Under the pieces are notes generated by a model. The model made no database searches. It saw only the letters and a list, made by a program, of their open reading frames with translations, and was not told where the DNA came from. Of a stretch of DNA of 64,000 bases, positions 52,454 through 64,000 are shown piece after piece (the first letter of the stretch is position 1; each line of letters opens with the position of its first letter). Source of the stretch: Octopus vulgaris (Eukaryota); the NCBI GenBank assembly GCA_951406725.2, contig OX597814.1:215946001-216010000 (forward strand), read 5' to 3'. Made by a program: the position numbers and the translations under genes.

Positions 52454-52581
52454 TTTATTTTATAGAAGGAGCTTCTACAGGACTAGAACTGTTTCATTCA
52501 AAAGAAATCATCAGGAAGCTCTGATGATTTCTTTTGAATGAAACAGTTCTAGTCCTGTAGAAGCTCCTTCTATAAAATAAA
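52454..52581. ncRNA. Back-to-back hammerhead motifs in a 61-bp-arm inverted repeat (minus copy 52470-52520 intact, plus copy with broken stem I)
   Basis: Minus: AGCUUC-CUGAUGA-...-GAAA-CAG..CUG-UA-GAAGCU. 6-bp spacer GAAGCT. Confidence 0.75.
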
Positions 52582-52619
52582 AAAAAAAAAATATATATAT
52601 ATATACTTTGTATGTATAC

Positions 52620-53224
52620 TTGTAAAAACAAATGTTTTGCTATTTAAGCAACCAGTAAAACAATACATTTTTCAGTTACTCATATCAGAGTAACTCACTG
52701 TAAACATTATTAATAAGATTAAAATAAAAATTATCTAGAATTAAGATAAGAAGTACCACCAACTAAATGCATTGTTCTCAACGATATGTCTATCCTTCTG
52801 GATAGTTATAAAAACAAGAACCCCCAGCAAAAGTCAGTCAATGAGTGACAACTCGAGTCAGAGACAGCTACCATTAGTTAGTGAATGGACCACCAGAATC
52901 ATAGTCACAAGCAGGCAGCTACTAAAGACAAATGGTCAGAGAAAGAAATGAACTTTACAATCAGCAACTATGAGACAACTTCACACACTCTATCACTCTC
53001 ACTAGCTCACTCTATTATCTCTTACAACATCACCTGTCCGTCGAGGCAAGGTATTGTATAATGTAACGGAAAAATATATATTTTCTTCACAACTTCAGTC
53101 ACTGTTCTTTCATCTTTACATAATGGCAATCAATGAAGAACCAATCCTTACAAACTGATCACGACTCTGACATTCCATATTTTTTGTTTACAAATTAATT
53201 TCAACCGTTACAAATTGGTGACCC
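52620..53224 (+). mobile_element. Probable gypsy LTR fragment followed by a primer-binding site
   Basis: Ends CCGTTACA (53212), followed by TGGTGACCC (53216-53224), complementary to the tRNA-Trp 3' end. 5' boundary uncertain. Confidence 0.4.
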
Positions 53225-53241
53225 AACCATTACATATATAT

Positions 53242-54465
53242 ACATCATCATCATCGTTTTACGTCTGTTTTCCGTGCTAGCACGGGTTGGACGGTTTGAC
53301 TGGGGTCTGGGTAGCCAGGAGGCTGCACCAGGCTCCAGTCTGACTTGGCAGTGTTTTTGCAGCTGGATGCCCTTCCTAATGCCAACCACTCCGTGAGTGT
53401 AGTGAGTGCTTTTTACGTGCCACCAGCACAGGTGCTAGGGGAGGCTGGCAGCAGCTACAATTGGTTGGTGCTTTTTACGTGCCACCAGCACAGAAGCCAG
53501 TCAAGGCAGTGCTGGCATCGGCCACGTTTAGATGGTGCTTTTCACGTGCCACCAGCACAGGTATCACAACTACAATTTCCATTTTATATTTATTTTGATG
53601 TTGATGTACTTGACTCAATTGGTCTCCTCAAGCACAGCAGGTCATTCTACGATCCAAGGTAAGCACAGCAGGTCGTTCTGCAATCCAAGGTACTTTGGAT
53701 GGGCTGGGGCTTCTATGTGAAGCTAGTGCAGGAAGCAGCCATGAACTTACATTATTTGTTGGGTCTTTGCAGTCACAGCATATCTCCAGACATCTCGGTC
53801 TTTCGCCATTGCCTCTGTGAGGCCCAACGTTCGAAGGTCATGCTTGACTACCTCATCCCATGTCTTCTTGGGTCTACCTCTCCCCCTGATACCTTCAACT
53901 GTTTGGGAGTGGCACTTCTTCACACATCTCTCCTCATCCATCTGCAGTACATGACCATACCAGCACAAACGTCTCTATTGCACACCACATCTGATGCTTC
54001 TTATGTCTAGCATTTCTCTCAGGGCACTTACACTCTGTTGTGTGTGCACACTGACATTACACATCCAGCAGATCATGCTAGCTTCATTTCTTTCAAGCCT
54101 ACACATGTCCTCTGCAGTCACAGCCCATGTTTTACTGCCATGTAGCATGGCAGTTCGCACACATGCATCATACAATCTACCTTTCACTCTGAGTGAGAGA
54201 CCCTTTGTCACCAGTAGGAGTAGGAGCTTTCTAAACTTTGCCCAGACTATTCATATTCTAGTGGTGACACTCTCTGAGCATCCACCTCCACTACTAACTT
54301 GGTCACCGAGGTAGTGGAAACTATCAACTACTTTCTCCCTCTGGAGTGTGATGGAATCTGTTTTCTCAGCATCTGTGGTGTCTATTGCCCCTGTGCATCT
54401 GCCACACATGAAAGCTATCTTCTCGGTTAATTTTCCTTTGATGTTGTTGCACCTGTTATGCATCC
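53242..54465 (-). mobile_element. 5'-truncated RTE-like LINE
   Basis: VDSFHYLG, KGRLYDACVR, WYGHVLQM and GRGRPKKTW motifs, with a (GAT)n tail. Confidence 0.88.
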
Positions 54466-55257
54466 AGTGGTGCAGCATATATATACATATATATATATGC
54501 ATATATACACACACATATATATATATATAAGTAGGTACGGCAAATTTAGGGTGAATACTTGATAAGTGTAAGCACCTGTATACACCAGTAAGTGGCAGAG
54601 GTGAGAGGGAATATATCAAATAAAATCAAAAACAGAACACAAAGGATGTCGCGGTATATGTGTTTCAAGCTTTATAAACGACCTGTTCTTACATCAGTGT
54701 ATAATAAATATTTAAAAAATGGTTTAACGCTCTCTTCAGGCGCATGCATTGTTATTCCAAAGAGTTACACCACACTATAAAAAAATATGAAAAGTACATG
54801 TAGTATTACCCATAATAATAGGTATATCATATCTCCCTGAGAAAGTGTATTAGTAAAATTTCGTAACTATATAGGCTTGTAGGGGATCATTGGATTTTGA
54901 AAATCTGTCCATACTGTATCACCAGTCAACATAGAGTGAATGTTAAATAGATTTGAATGAGTTCATTCTTCTTGTAAGGAAATAGAAATAAAGAGAAGGA
55001 AAAGGAAAAAAGAAGAAAAAATAGGGAGAACATGGAGAGAAAAAATAGATAGAAAGAATAGAGATAAAAAAAATAAAGGGGAAATAGAGAGAAAAAAAGG
55101 AAGAAAAAGAAGGAAGAGGAGAAAATGGAGAGAGAAGACGTTAAAGTAAGAAACAAGGGAAGAGGACAATGTAAGTAAAAGATAAGGGTAATAAAACTAG
55201 TAAAGAAATAGTAAAATTTCAAATATAAGGATAATAATGTTAATAATGTTAGAACCA

Positions 55258-56791
55258 CATCATCATCATCATCATTGTTTAACGTCCGCTTTCCATGCTA
55301 ACATGGGTTGGACAATTTTGACTGAGGGCTGGCAAGCCAGGAGGCTGCACCGGGGCTTCAATCTTGATCTGGCAGTTTCTACAGCTGGATGCCCTTCCTG
55401 ACGCCAACCATTCCGAGAGTGTAGTGGGTGCATTTTACGTGCCACCAGCACGGAGGCCAGTCAGGTGGTACTGGCAATGACCTTGCTCAAATCTTTTTAC
55501 ATGTGCCACCAGCACAGGTGCCAGTGAAGAGACATTGGTAACGATCACGCTTGAATGGTGCCCTTTTACGTGCCACGGGTACGGAAGCCAGTTAGCTGCT
55601 CTGGTAACGATCATACTCGAATAGCGCTCTGTCAACGATCACACTCGTATGGTGCTCTTTGCACCCAGCTAGCACAGATGCCAGTCATCAAATTGATTTT
55701 GACTTCACTTGCCTCAACAGGTCTTCGCAAGCAGAGTTTAGTGACCAAAGAAGGAAAAGGTACACATAAGCGGACTGGTTACACTCCTGTCATGGGCCAC
55801 AGGTTATGGTCTCATTTGGCTTGTGGGGTCTTCTTGAGCACAGCATATTTCCAAAAGTCTCAGTCACTAGTCATTTCCTTGGTGAGGCCTAAAGTTCGAA
55901 GGTCGTGCTTCACCACTTCATCCCAGGTCTTCCTGGGTCTACCTCTTCCACAGGTTCCCTCAACTGCTAGGGTGTGGCACTTTTTCACACAGCTATCCAC
56001 ATCCATTCTTGCCTCATGACCATACCAGTGCAGTCATCTCTCTGGCACACCACATCTAATGTTTCTTATGTCCAACTTTTCTTTCAAGGTACTTACACTC
56101 TGTCGAGTATGCACACTGACATTACGCATCCATCAGATCATGATGGCTTCATTCCTTGCGAGCTTACGCATGTCCTCAGCAGTCACAGCCCATGTTTCAC
56201 TGCCATGTAGCATGGCTGTTCGTACACATGCATCATACAGTCGACCTTTTACTGTGAGCGAGAGGCCCTTTGTCACCAGCAGAGGTAAGAGCTCTCTGAA
56301 ATTTGCCCAAGCTATTCTTATTCTAGCAGCTACACTTTCAGCGCACCCCCTTTCACTACTGACTTGGTCACCTAGATAACGGAAGCTATCAACTACTTCT
56401 AGTTTTTCTCCCTGGAATGTGGCGGAAGTTGGTCTTTGCACATTTTCAGTGTTTATTGTCCCGAGCATCTGCCACATACAAAAACTATCTTCCCAGTTAG
56501 CCTTCCTTTGATATTACTGCACCTCTTATGTGTCCATAGCTTACACTGGGTACATCTTATAGAGTTTCTACCTACGCCTCTACTACAGATCGAGCAGGGC
56601 CATCTACCTGAAGACATTTGTGGTTTGCCTGCCTTCCTCCTTATCAGGACTTTGGTTTTAGCTAGGTTGATTTTAAGGCCCTTTGATTCTAATCCTTGTT
56701 TCCACACTTGAAACTTCTCCTCTTGTTCTGATCGTGACTCAGCAATTAGAGCAAGGTCATCAGCATAGAGGAGCTCCCAGGGGCATCCTGT
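55258..56791 (-). mobile_element. 5'-truncated RTE-like LINE with PHD-like insertion
   Basis: LLYADD, WPCSICSRGVGRNSIRCTQCKLWTHKRC..CGRC, FRYLG, with a (GAT)n tail. Confidence 0.9.
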
Positions 56792-57424
56792 CCAAATTAG
56801 AGTAACAAAAAAAAAATAAAAATGTAAAATATAAAAACATAATGACATATAAAAAGATCTAAAATAATCGTAAAACAAAAGAATTAAAATAAAGAGATAA
56901 GATGCTAAAAGAGTTGAGAATAAGATTTAGGTTTTGATGTGGTGGTAAGGGTCATAAATCACTTCTTATTTTCGGGGTAGGGGGGTGAAATTTGATATTG
57001 TTGTAGTAAGTGATCAGTTTACACCAACTCACCACTAAAAGTTACTAGCTTTAAGTTTATAGTATATGTGTGTGTGTGTGTTTATACACATATTTGTGTG
57101 CATATATATAAGCATGTCTCATACAGCACAGCATGAGATACACAGTCTTAAGTATATAGAATTACACACATATCCCCATACATATCTACAGTTAAATCCT
57201 AGTAAATATATACATACACTACTAAGGATATGTACAGATATAGATATCTATACACACACACATACGTGTATATATATATATATATATATATATTCACATA
57301 CATATACACATACATATATACACATACATATGCATCCCTCTCATACAAACACACACATACATATAAAAATACAGATACACATACATACACACATAGATAT
57401 ACACCCCTATATATATATATATAT

Positions 57425-58473
57425 TGTTACGGACGCCAAGGAAAATGTAAACAAACAAAAAACATTATGCCCCTTGTTCCATTAGTTGGAATCGAACCGG
57501 CGCTCCAGTTGTTCAGGACAATGGTATTTCCTTTGTCCTGTCAAGGAGCACGGTTATTAATAGCCATAGGCACTTGACGTCTGGCCCCATACAGTCACGG
57601 AAAGTTTAAAAAAATAAAATGTTGGTAATTGGGTTACACGCTGTTGTCGTACGATATCTCTCTTTTTCTAGCTGCCGACCGTTATATATACAGGTAGGTT
57701 AAGTTGCCAGTCAGTCAGCGGAGGACCTGACAAGGGGTCAGTGCGAGCGGAAGACCAGAAGACAGTCAGTGAGAGAGATGACAATCGAGCGGCTAGGCAA
57801 GTTGTTGTAGTGGGAGTTGTGAAGTTCAGAAAATATTGCAGACGCGATTATTAAGGGAATGTTGCAGGTGCGAAACGTGCGGGTAATGTTTTTATGTGTG
57901 TTTTGAATTCTGATGTTTAAATGAAAAAAAAGAGAAAAGTTGTGTTGTCTAAATGGAAAAAAAAAGAGACTCTGTGACGTAAACTGTTGAAAAGAAAAGG
58001 GAAAAAAAAGAACTTGTAAATGTTTTAAAAAAAAAGCAGAAAGACTGTTGAAAAGAAAAGGAAAGGGATCTTTGTGAACGAACTCTCTGTGTTAGAAGAA
58101 GAGAGAGAGAAAAGAAAGAAAGAAGAGAAAAGTGGAACTTTAAGAGACTATTAATTGTGAACACTGTCTCAAATGAAAATGATTTATTTTGGAAGAATCG
58201 ACTCTGAAATGTGTTTAAATGTAAATGATTTACTTTGTTTTTCGAACTCTGTATTATGTCGTTAACCTTTCTTGTGAATGCTTTTGTTTTGTTAAAAAAA
58301 AATTGTTTGAATTACGCAACTCCACTGTGTCTCTTTGTTGTTGCTGTTGTTCTCGGTCCTGGCCGTGTTCGCTGCCTTCCCCACCTTCCTGTGGTGGATT
58401 TCCGGTTTACTGAGCGCACGCGCCGCACGCTACGGCCCGTGGTGACATCGTGGGCCTGAGTGGTGGCGTATCA
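57425..58473 (+). mobile_element. Solo LTR (~1.05 kb) inserted in (AT)n
   Basis: TG...CA termini with imperfect inverted repeat TGTTACG/CGTATCA and ATAT on both sides. Internal TATA-like TATATATA followed by CAGTCAGT. Confidence 0.55.
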
Positions 58474-58501
58474 ATATATATATATATACACCCACAAATG
58501 C

Positions 58502-58549
<48 letters not shown>

Positions 58550-58565
58550 ATATACACATATATAT

Positions 58566-58657
58566 TATGACTGCCCCCTCGTTATCGAGTATGGCCATTG
58601 CACGAAGCTTAACTGTTACTGGTGCTGTGATCGAATGTGACTTTTTAGCCCAGCTAA
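58566..58657 (-). mobile_element. Short 3'-end fragment of the C2H2-RTE LINE
   Basis: Reverse complement of ~42735-42826. Confidence 0.8.
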
Positions 58658-59284
58658 AAAGTCACACACATATACATACATGCATACACACACACATGCA
58701 TACATATAAATCCTGCCATGTATAAATCTTCATACATTCACACCCATTGATTCATGTATATATACACACATACATCACATCTACTAAGTGTCTATCTTGT
58801 TTTGGGGGATATAACAGTTTTAATTTAATAATTGATAAATATATAATGATTTAATGTAATTTAAAAGCAAAGACAAAACATAAAGGATAACAAATTAGAA
58901 AATAAATAAAATAAAATAAGAAAAATAAGAAAAAATACAAAGAAAAGATTATAATAATCGCAATAATACTAGTGATCATAATATTGTTATAATATTACAA
59001 TACAATATTGATTGGAAAATATAATATAAGATTAAATTTTAATTAGAGAGAGAGAAGAAGGCCAGCAATTTCATGGGAGGGGGTGAGTTAATTATATTGT
59101 TCCCCGGGTATACAACTGGTACTTATTTTATAGACCCGGAAAAGATGAAAGGCAAAGTCAACCTTGATGGAATTTGAACTCAGAACGTAAAGCCAGAGGG
59201 AATGCTGCTAAGCATTTTGCCCAGCATGCTAATGGTTCTGCTAGCTTGCCGCCTTCAGCCTGCATTTTATATTAAAAGGATAAA

Positions 59285-59620
59285 GACCCCTTTCAGTCAT
59301 GAATGGCCATGGGATTGCACCTAGAAAGTTCTCCTCCAAGGCACAAGTCCTGGCAAGGTTTGTTTATGGAAGACCAGCAGTCACCCATCCATACCAGCCC
59401 CCTCTCTCCCCACCACCAATGTTATCCAAGGGAAAGGCAAAGACCAATACAGCTTGGCACCAGTGATGTGGAAACTCATTGCTACAGCTCACTGAACAAG
59501 GAGCATTGTGAAAGAAAGTGTCTTGCTCAAGAACATAACACACAACCCGGTCTGGAAATTGAACTCATTACCTCATGATTGTGAGCCCGATGCTTCAACC
59601 ACTGAGCCATGCACCTTCAT
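59285..59620 (-). mobile_element. tRNA-derived SINE
   Basis: Minus-strand head TGGCTCAGTGG...GAGTTCAATTTCC. Confidence 0.6.
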
Positions 59621-59842
59621 GTATTTTAATTTTGAGCAATAATTATTTCTAAAGTAAAAAAGATAAAAAATGACTACAACACTGTGTGAATGATAGAGAA
59701 ATATTCTATTGAATAGTTTTATTCTTACAAAAGACCCTGGGATTGCACCTAGAATTAGAGAATTTCCTGTATTTTCTTTGTCTTTCTTTTGTTAAATATA
59801 TTCCTGTTCACTTTATATGTGTTTTATGAATTGCAATTATAT

Positions 59843-60111
59843 TCAATGATTAGAGAATGTAATCAAATAATTAGGATATGCCTGAGAGTCATGGAAAATA
59901 ACATAAATATCGGGTCTTTGAATATTATCAACAGCAGAATTGTAAGAATCCTGTAAAACTTTTAGTCCGTGGTATCCTTGCATCACTCTTCCCACAAGAA
60001 CACTGCATTTGTATATTCTCTTTATTCCGTGACGGTCAGGAGTAGAATAGGTATCATTTGCAGAATATCGGATGTCTCCGGCAAAATAAACACCTTCACC
60101 ATATGCTGTGG
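59843..60111 (-). CDS. Last coding exon of a PARP14/15/10-like mono-ADP-ribosyltransferase
   Basis: Acceptor TCTTCTTAG. Encodes (A)TAYGEGVYFAGDIRYSANDTYSTPDRHGIKRIYKCSVLVGRVMQGYHGLKVLQDSYNSAVDNIQRPDIYVIFHDSQAYPNYLITFSNH*. Missed by the ORF track. Confidence 0.95.
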
Positions 60112-60153
60112 CTAAGAAGAGAAAAAAAGATATATATGTGTGTGTGATGATGA

Positions 60154-60194
<41 letters not shown>

Positions 60195-60343
60195 ATTTCA
60201 TTTCTTAGGGAATAAAAATTCTGGCATAACAGGGGTTCAAATTATTCTCAATGAGGAAATATATATTTTCATTTAGAGATAGTAGGCCCTTCACCTCACC
60301 ATATAAAAGAATTTTAATTTAAATACTTACTACTTTATAACTT

Positions 60344-60437
60344 GGCTACACATGTTTCTTGGGGTACATTTCCCGGTTCCTTAACCACACTGTGTTTTGC
60401 TGGAACCATTCTTAAATATAACCCCAAACATCAGACC
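60344..60437 (-). ncRNA. Degenerate hammerhead motif
   Basis: GGU-CUGAUG(U)-UUGGGGU...ACCCCAA-GAAA-CAUGUG-UA-GCC. Core A9 is altered. Confidence 0.5.
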
Positions 60438-61394
60438 TCTGTATCACTTTCTCATAGTTTGATACTATAAACTATATTCTAATCTTTTAAATAAATAAGA
60501 TAGGTTCGCCAGACCCTACTGTACAAGCCATAATTTAATTGAAATAAAAAATTACAAAAATAAAATAAAAAAATAAAGATGAAAATAAAAAATATGAATG
60601 AAAATAAAAATTTACAAAAACTGTTCTTATGTAACTTATGTCTATAAATATAAAATTTATAATATATAGGGATAAAAAAATAAAATAAAATATATACTTG
60701 TGATGATATAAAATGAAAGGAATGGCAAAAACAATATATATTCGAATAAAAAGGGAAGCAATGACGAATAAATATTTTCAAATTAAAACTATAGTACGAA
60801 TGAGGAAATGAAAAATTTACAAATGATACGAATGATAACAATTAAAAATTTACAATATATATATATATATATATATATGTGTCTGTTGCCAGCATCGCCT
60901 GGCTACGTGCCGGTGACACGTAAAAGCACCATCCGTTCGTGGCCGTTCGCCAGCTCTGTCTGGCACCTGTGCAGGTGGCACGTAAAAAACACCCACTACA
61001 CTCGCGGAGTGGTTGGCGTTAGGAAGGGCATCCAGCCGTAGAAACACTGCCAGATCTGACTGGGCCTGACGAAGCCTTCCAGCTTCACAGACCCCAGTTG
61101 ACCCGTCCAACCCATGCTAGCATGGAAAGCGGACGCTAAACGATGATGATGATGATGATATAGAAATTGAGATAGGGGTTGTGAGTGCAACCCACCATGG
61201 GATAACATATATCCAATATACTGCCAGTAAAGCACCCAACAAAGTTATTATATATTATTATGAATATACTTATATATATATAGGTGCATGTATATTTACA
61301 CTTATATGTATGTGTATATTATATATTATGTATATGTACTCATTCTTGTATAGGTGTACCTTCTCTTATATTCATATTTGGATTGTACTTTATA

Positions 61395-61521
61395 ATCTCT
61401 GAAGAGGCCTTGGGATATATTTGTAAGTGTCTCATTTATAACCACATATTAACTTATCACACCTGGCTAATATGAGCATAATGAGATACTCATATCTACA
61501 TGACTGAAACATCTGTAAGAT
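61395..61521 (+). ncRNA. Hammerhead motif with long stem II
   Basis: AUCU-CUGAAGA-(~100 nt)-GAAA-CAUCUG-UA-AGAU. Confidence 0.6.
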
Positions 61522-61728
61522 ATAGTTTATATTTATATTTATACTTATTTATATTTATTTATACATATTGTACTTATTGTATCATATTACTCATTGATGT
61601 GCACTGTTTTGTTCTGTACTATTATGTTTGACCTTGATGTTCATATGTAGTTGGTTAATAAATTATGTGAATGGGTATTATCTGGTAGTTGATTATTGGT
61701 TAAGGTGTATTCCTCCATTTTCTTATTT

Positions 61729-61770
<42 letters not shown>

Positions 61771-61851
61771 ATGTAGGGGAAAATTTTTTCGAAAAAAAAA
61801 AAACCTCATCAGTGGCCAGCATATTAAAAAATACCTTTAAAGGTTAAATTT

Positions 61852-62122
61852 ATCAACAACTTATAAATAAGGGTAAACGAAAAAATTTCTAATGCCAAAT
61901 ATGCCGAAGTTGGACATATTGTCCATAACCGTATAATTTTTTCACAATACACACGCTACTCGAAAAAAGGTCGACAGAAATTTCTAAAAAATTCCATTAC
62001 TACCATATTGGACCGATTTCAGGGTTAGTTCATAAGAACCCTCCCTACGTCAGTGATTTATCCAACTTCGGCATATTTGGCATTAGAAATTTTTCGTTTG
62101 CCCTTATTTATAAGTTGTTGAT
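61852..62122. repeat. Inverted repeat (~62-bp arms) enclosing a degenerate hammerhead (62003-62055, minus strand)
   Basis: ATCAACAACTTATAAATAAGGG...GAAGTTGGA / TCCAACTTC...CCCTTATTTATAAGTTGTTGAT. Minus strand CUGACGU..AGGGUU..AACCCU-GAAA. Confidence 0.75.
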
Positions 62123-63122
62123 ATGTATATATATATGTATGTATGTATGTATGTACGTACGAACGTACAGCAATCGATAACAATAACAATAGAGATTTTA
62201 GATGTCCAAACAGGGTTATTTCTCCCCATTTATGTACCCAGCAATGTCAACAGAAACTTCCAGAATGAGTTCCATGTCAGTTGACAGATGTGTGTCATTG
62301 AAACTCTGCAAGCATTTAATAGTTCCAAACACTTTGTTAGAAAAGATCTATTAAAAGCCTGACCCTTGCCAATATTTACCATTGAACTTGTTTGGGTGGC
62401 ATTTTGTGGAACCCCACTCTTCTACTCACCCCATATCCATATTCACCATACACATCAAAATCTAATTCCAAAAGATGATAAAATAGTTAGTGAGAGAAGA
62501 TCGTTTGAGATATCTAAATGGAGTGACCTCTGTGATGGTACCACTGCTGGTTTATCAGATTTCTATACAGTTATTAAATGTCCCTTAACCAATTTCTAGG
62601 CCGTAGCAGACATTGAATATTTCAATGAGAGTTAACAACACTGTATTGATTATCTCAGTATATCTATAATTGACACACTCAGAATGGTGATTGCTAGGCC
62701 TGGTGTTCGCTTGTTGATATTTCTGTCCAGTCCTGCCGACCTACCACTACACCTAGTCCTTCTTCCCCAAAACATTACCCCTCTGGAATTCTGCCCCTTC
62801 TCTTATCTTTCCTGCAATATTTTCATTTACAAAGGTTCAAGAGGAACATTAATGGATGGGGACAGACCCTTCCTCCCAATCCAAATAAAAGTGTTGGTTC
62901 CACAATAATAAAATACACCTGGTTTACTCTAGAGCAGAAGATGTTAGGAAGGGGACCTGGCAGTAGAAACGATGCCAAACATGGAATGTGTGGGCAACAT
63001 GGCATCCTCTCTGTGTGAGAAAGGATTCTAAACAGCAATCAATGTGGAGAGTGACTGCCCAGCTCAGGACAATAGGAAGGGCGGGTAGATGATGATGATG
63101 ATGTTGATTATAATATACTTAC

Positions 63123-63300
63123 CATTTTTACCACAATAGCTACGGTTGAATCCTGATTTATTTATTCCATCAACAGATCTTTCAGCAGTACCATGCCAAA
63201 GGCCATCAACTTCATTTGTAATGTTTGGATTTTCTACCTCAAACTTTCTTTTCAATGCTTGGTATCCATGGTATAATGTTTTATTTTGAATTCTCTCAAT
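63123..63300 (-). CDS. Penultimate exon of the PARP14/15/10-like ART domain
   Basis: Acceptor TTTTCTACAG, donor G|GTAAGT. Encodes IERIQNKTLYHGYQALKRKFEVENPNITNEVDGLWHGTAERSVDGINKSGFNRSYCGKN and joins 60111 in phase 1. Confidence 0.95.
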
Positions 63301-64000
63301 CTGTAGAAAAGAAAATTCACTTCTTTGACAAGGAAATAACGTTTGTGGTGAAAAACCCCAACCCTATCTGCTTTTTTTTTTCTTTTTTATTTGATACCAA
63401 TTTTGATTCAACTGTAAATTTTGGTAAGGCACAATAGTTTAGCTGCAAAATGGTGTTGCATGTACAATTCAATGCAAGAAGTTAAAGCAGAGGTATTTTT
63501 GTTGAGCAAAGATTTCTTGTGAATATCCAAAAACACTTAGAACAATCCCAAAATAAGTTCATACATCTTCATCATCATTGTTTAATATCCACCTTCTATG
63601 CTGGCATGGGTGGGATGGTTTGACAGGATCTGGCCAGCCAGAGGCCTGCACCAGACTTCTGTGTCTGTTTTGGCAGGCTTTATACAGCTGGATGCCCTTC
63701 CAAATGCCAACCACTTTACAGTGTGGAGTGGATGCTTTTTAAATGGCACCAGCACAGACAGGGTCACCAAGTAACTTGCAAGACAAGGATCCTTTGAGAA
63801 GGGAGGGGGCATTGGAGGAGGGGATCTTGTGTCAGATGTTGAAACCTTTCATATAATCTTTCATAGTGAGAAAGAAATAGGGGTCTTGTTGTAAGGAGGT
63901 ACAAGGTTACCTGGCTGATGCGGGGACAGATATAGATAAATCAGGAACGAGGTTAGAAACAACCGTGCTGTCGCAAAGGACATACAATGAAATTTAAATT

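Noticed and set aside
54926-55258. Membrane-protein-like ORFs (also 28128, 33271, 60479)
   Set aside because: Purine/pyrimidine-skewed low-complexity DNA that yields F/L/S-rich translations.

Overview
AT-rich, microsatellite-laden eukaryotic DNA. The repeat families suggest an octopus-like cephalopod (inference). Most computed ORFs are (AT)n/(AC)n artefacts. Host genes: two head-to-tail minus-strand PARP14/PARP10/15-like genes. One contributes its last two exons (catalytic ART domain, H-Y-I triad; 63123-63300 and 59843-60111). The other contributes its N-terminal RRM exons (20012-20046, 14944-15116, 10207-10440) and a candidate promoter/first exon near 35280-35400 with an ISRE-like motif. Inside that gene's putative 5' intron lies a complete 3.78-kb hAT transposon (TIRs, 8-bp TSD). 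It was copied by a ~7-kb tandem duplication. The second copy lost one TIR, and a 2-bp deletion restored a 707-aa transposase frame that an older, shared frameshift had broken. The window also holds about a dozen intact-to-degenerate type I hammerhead-ribozyme motifs. Most sit in inverted repeats next to (TA)n tracts and match Penelope-like element pLTRs. Other repeats include RTE LINEs (one with three C-terminal C2H2 fingers, one family with a PHD-like finger after the RT core), Tx1-like and R4-like LINE relics, gypsy fragments/solo LTRs and tRNA-derived SINEs. All calls were made by eye without alignment tools.
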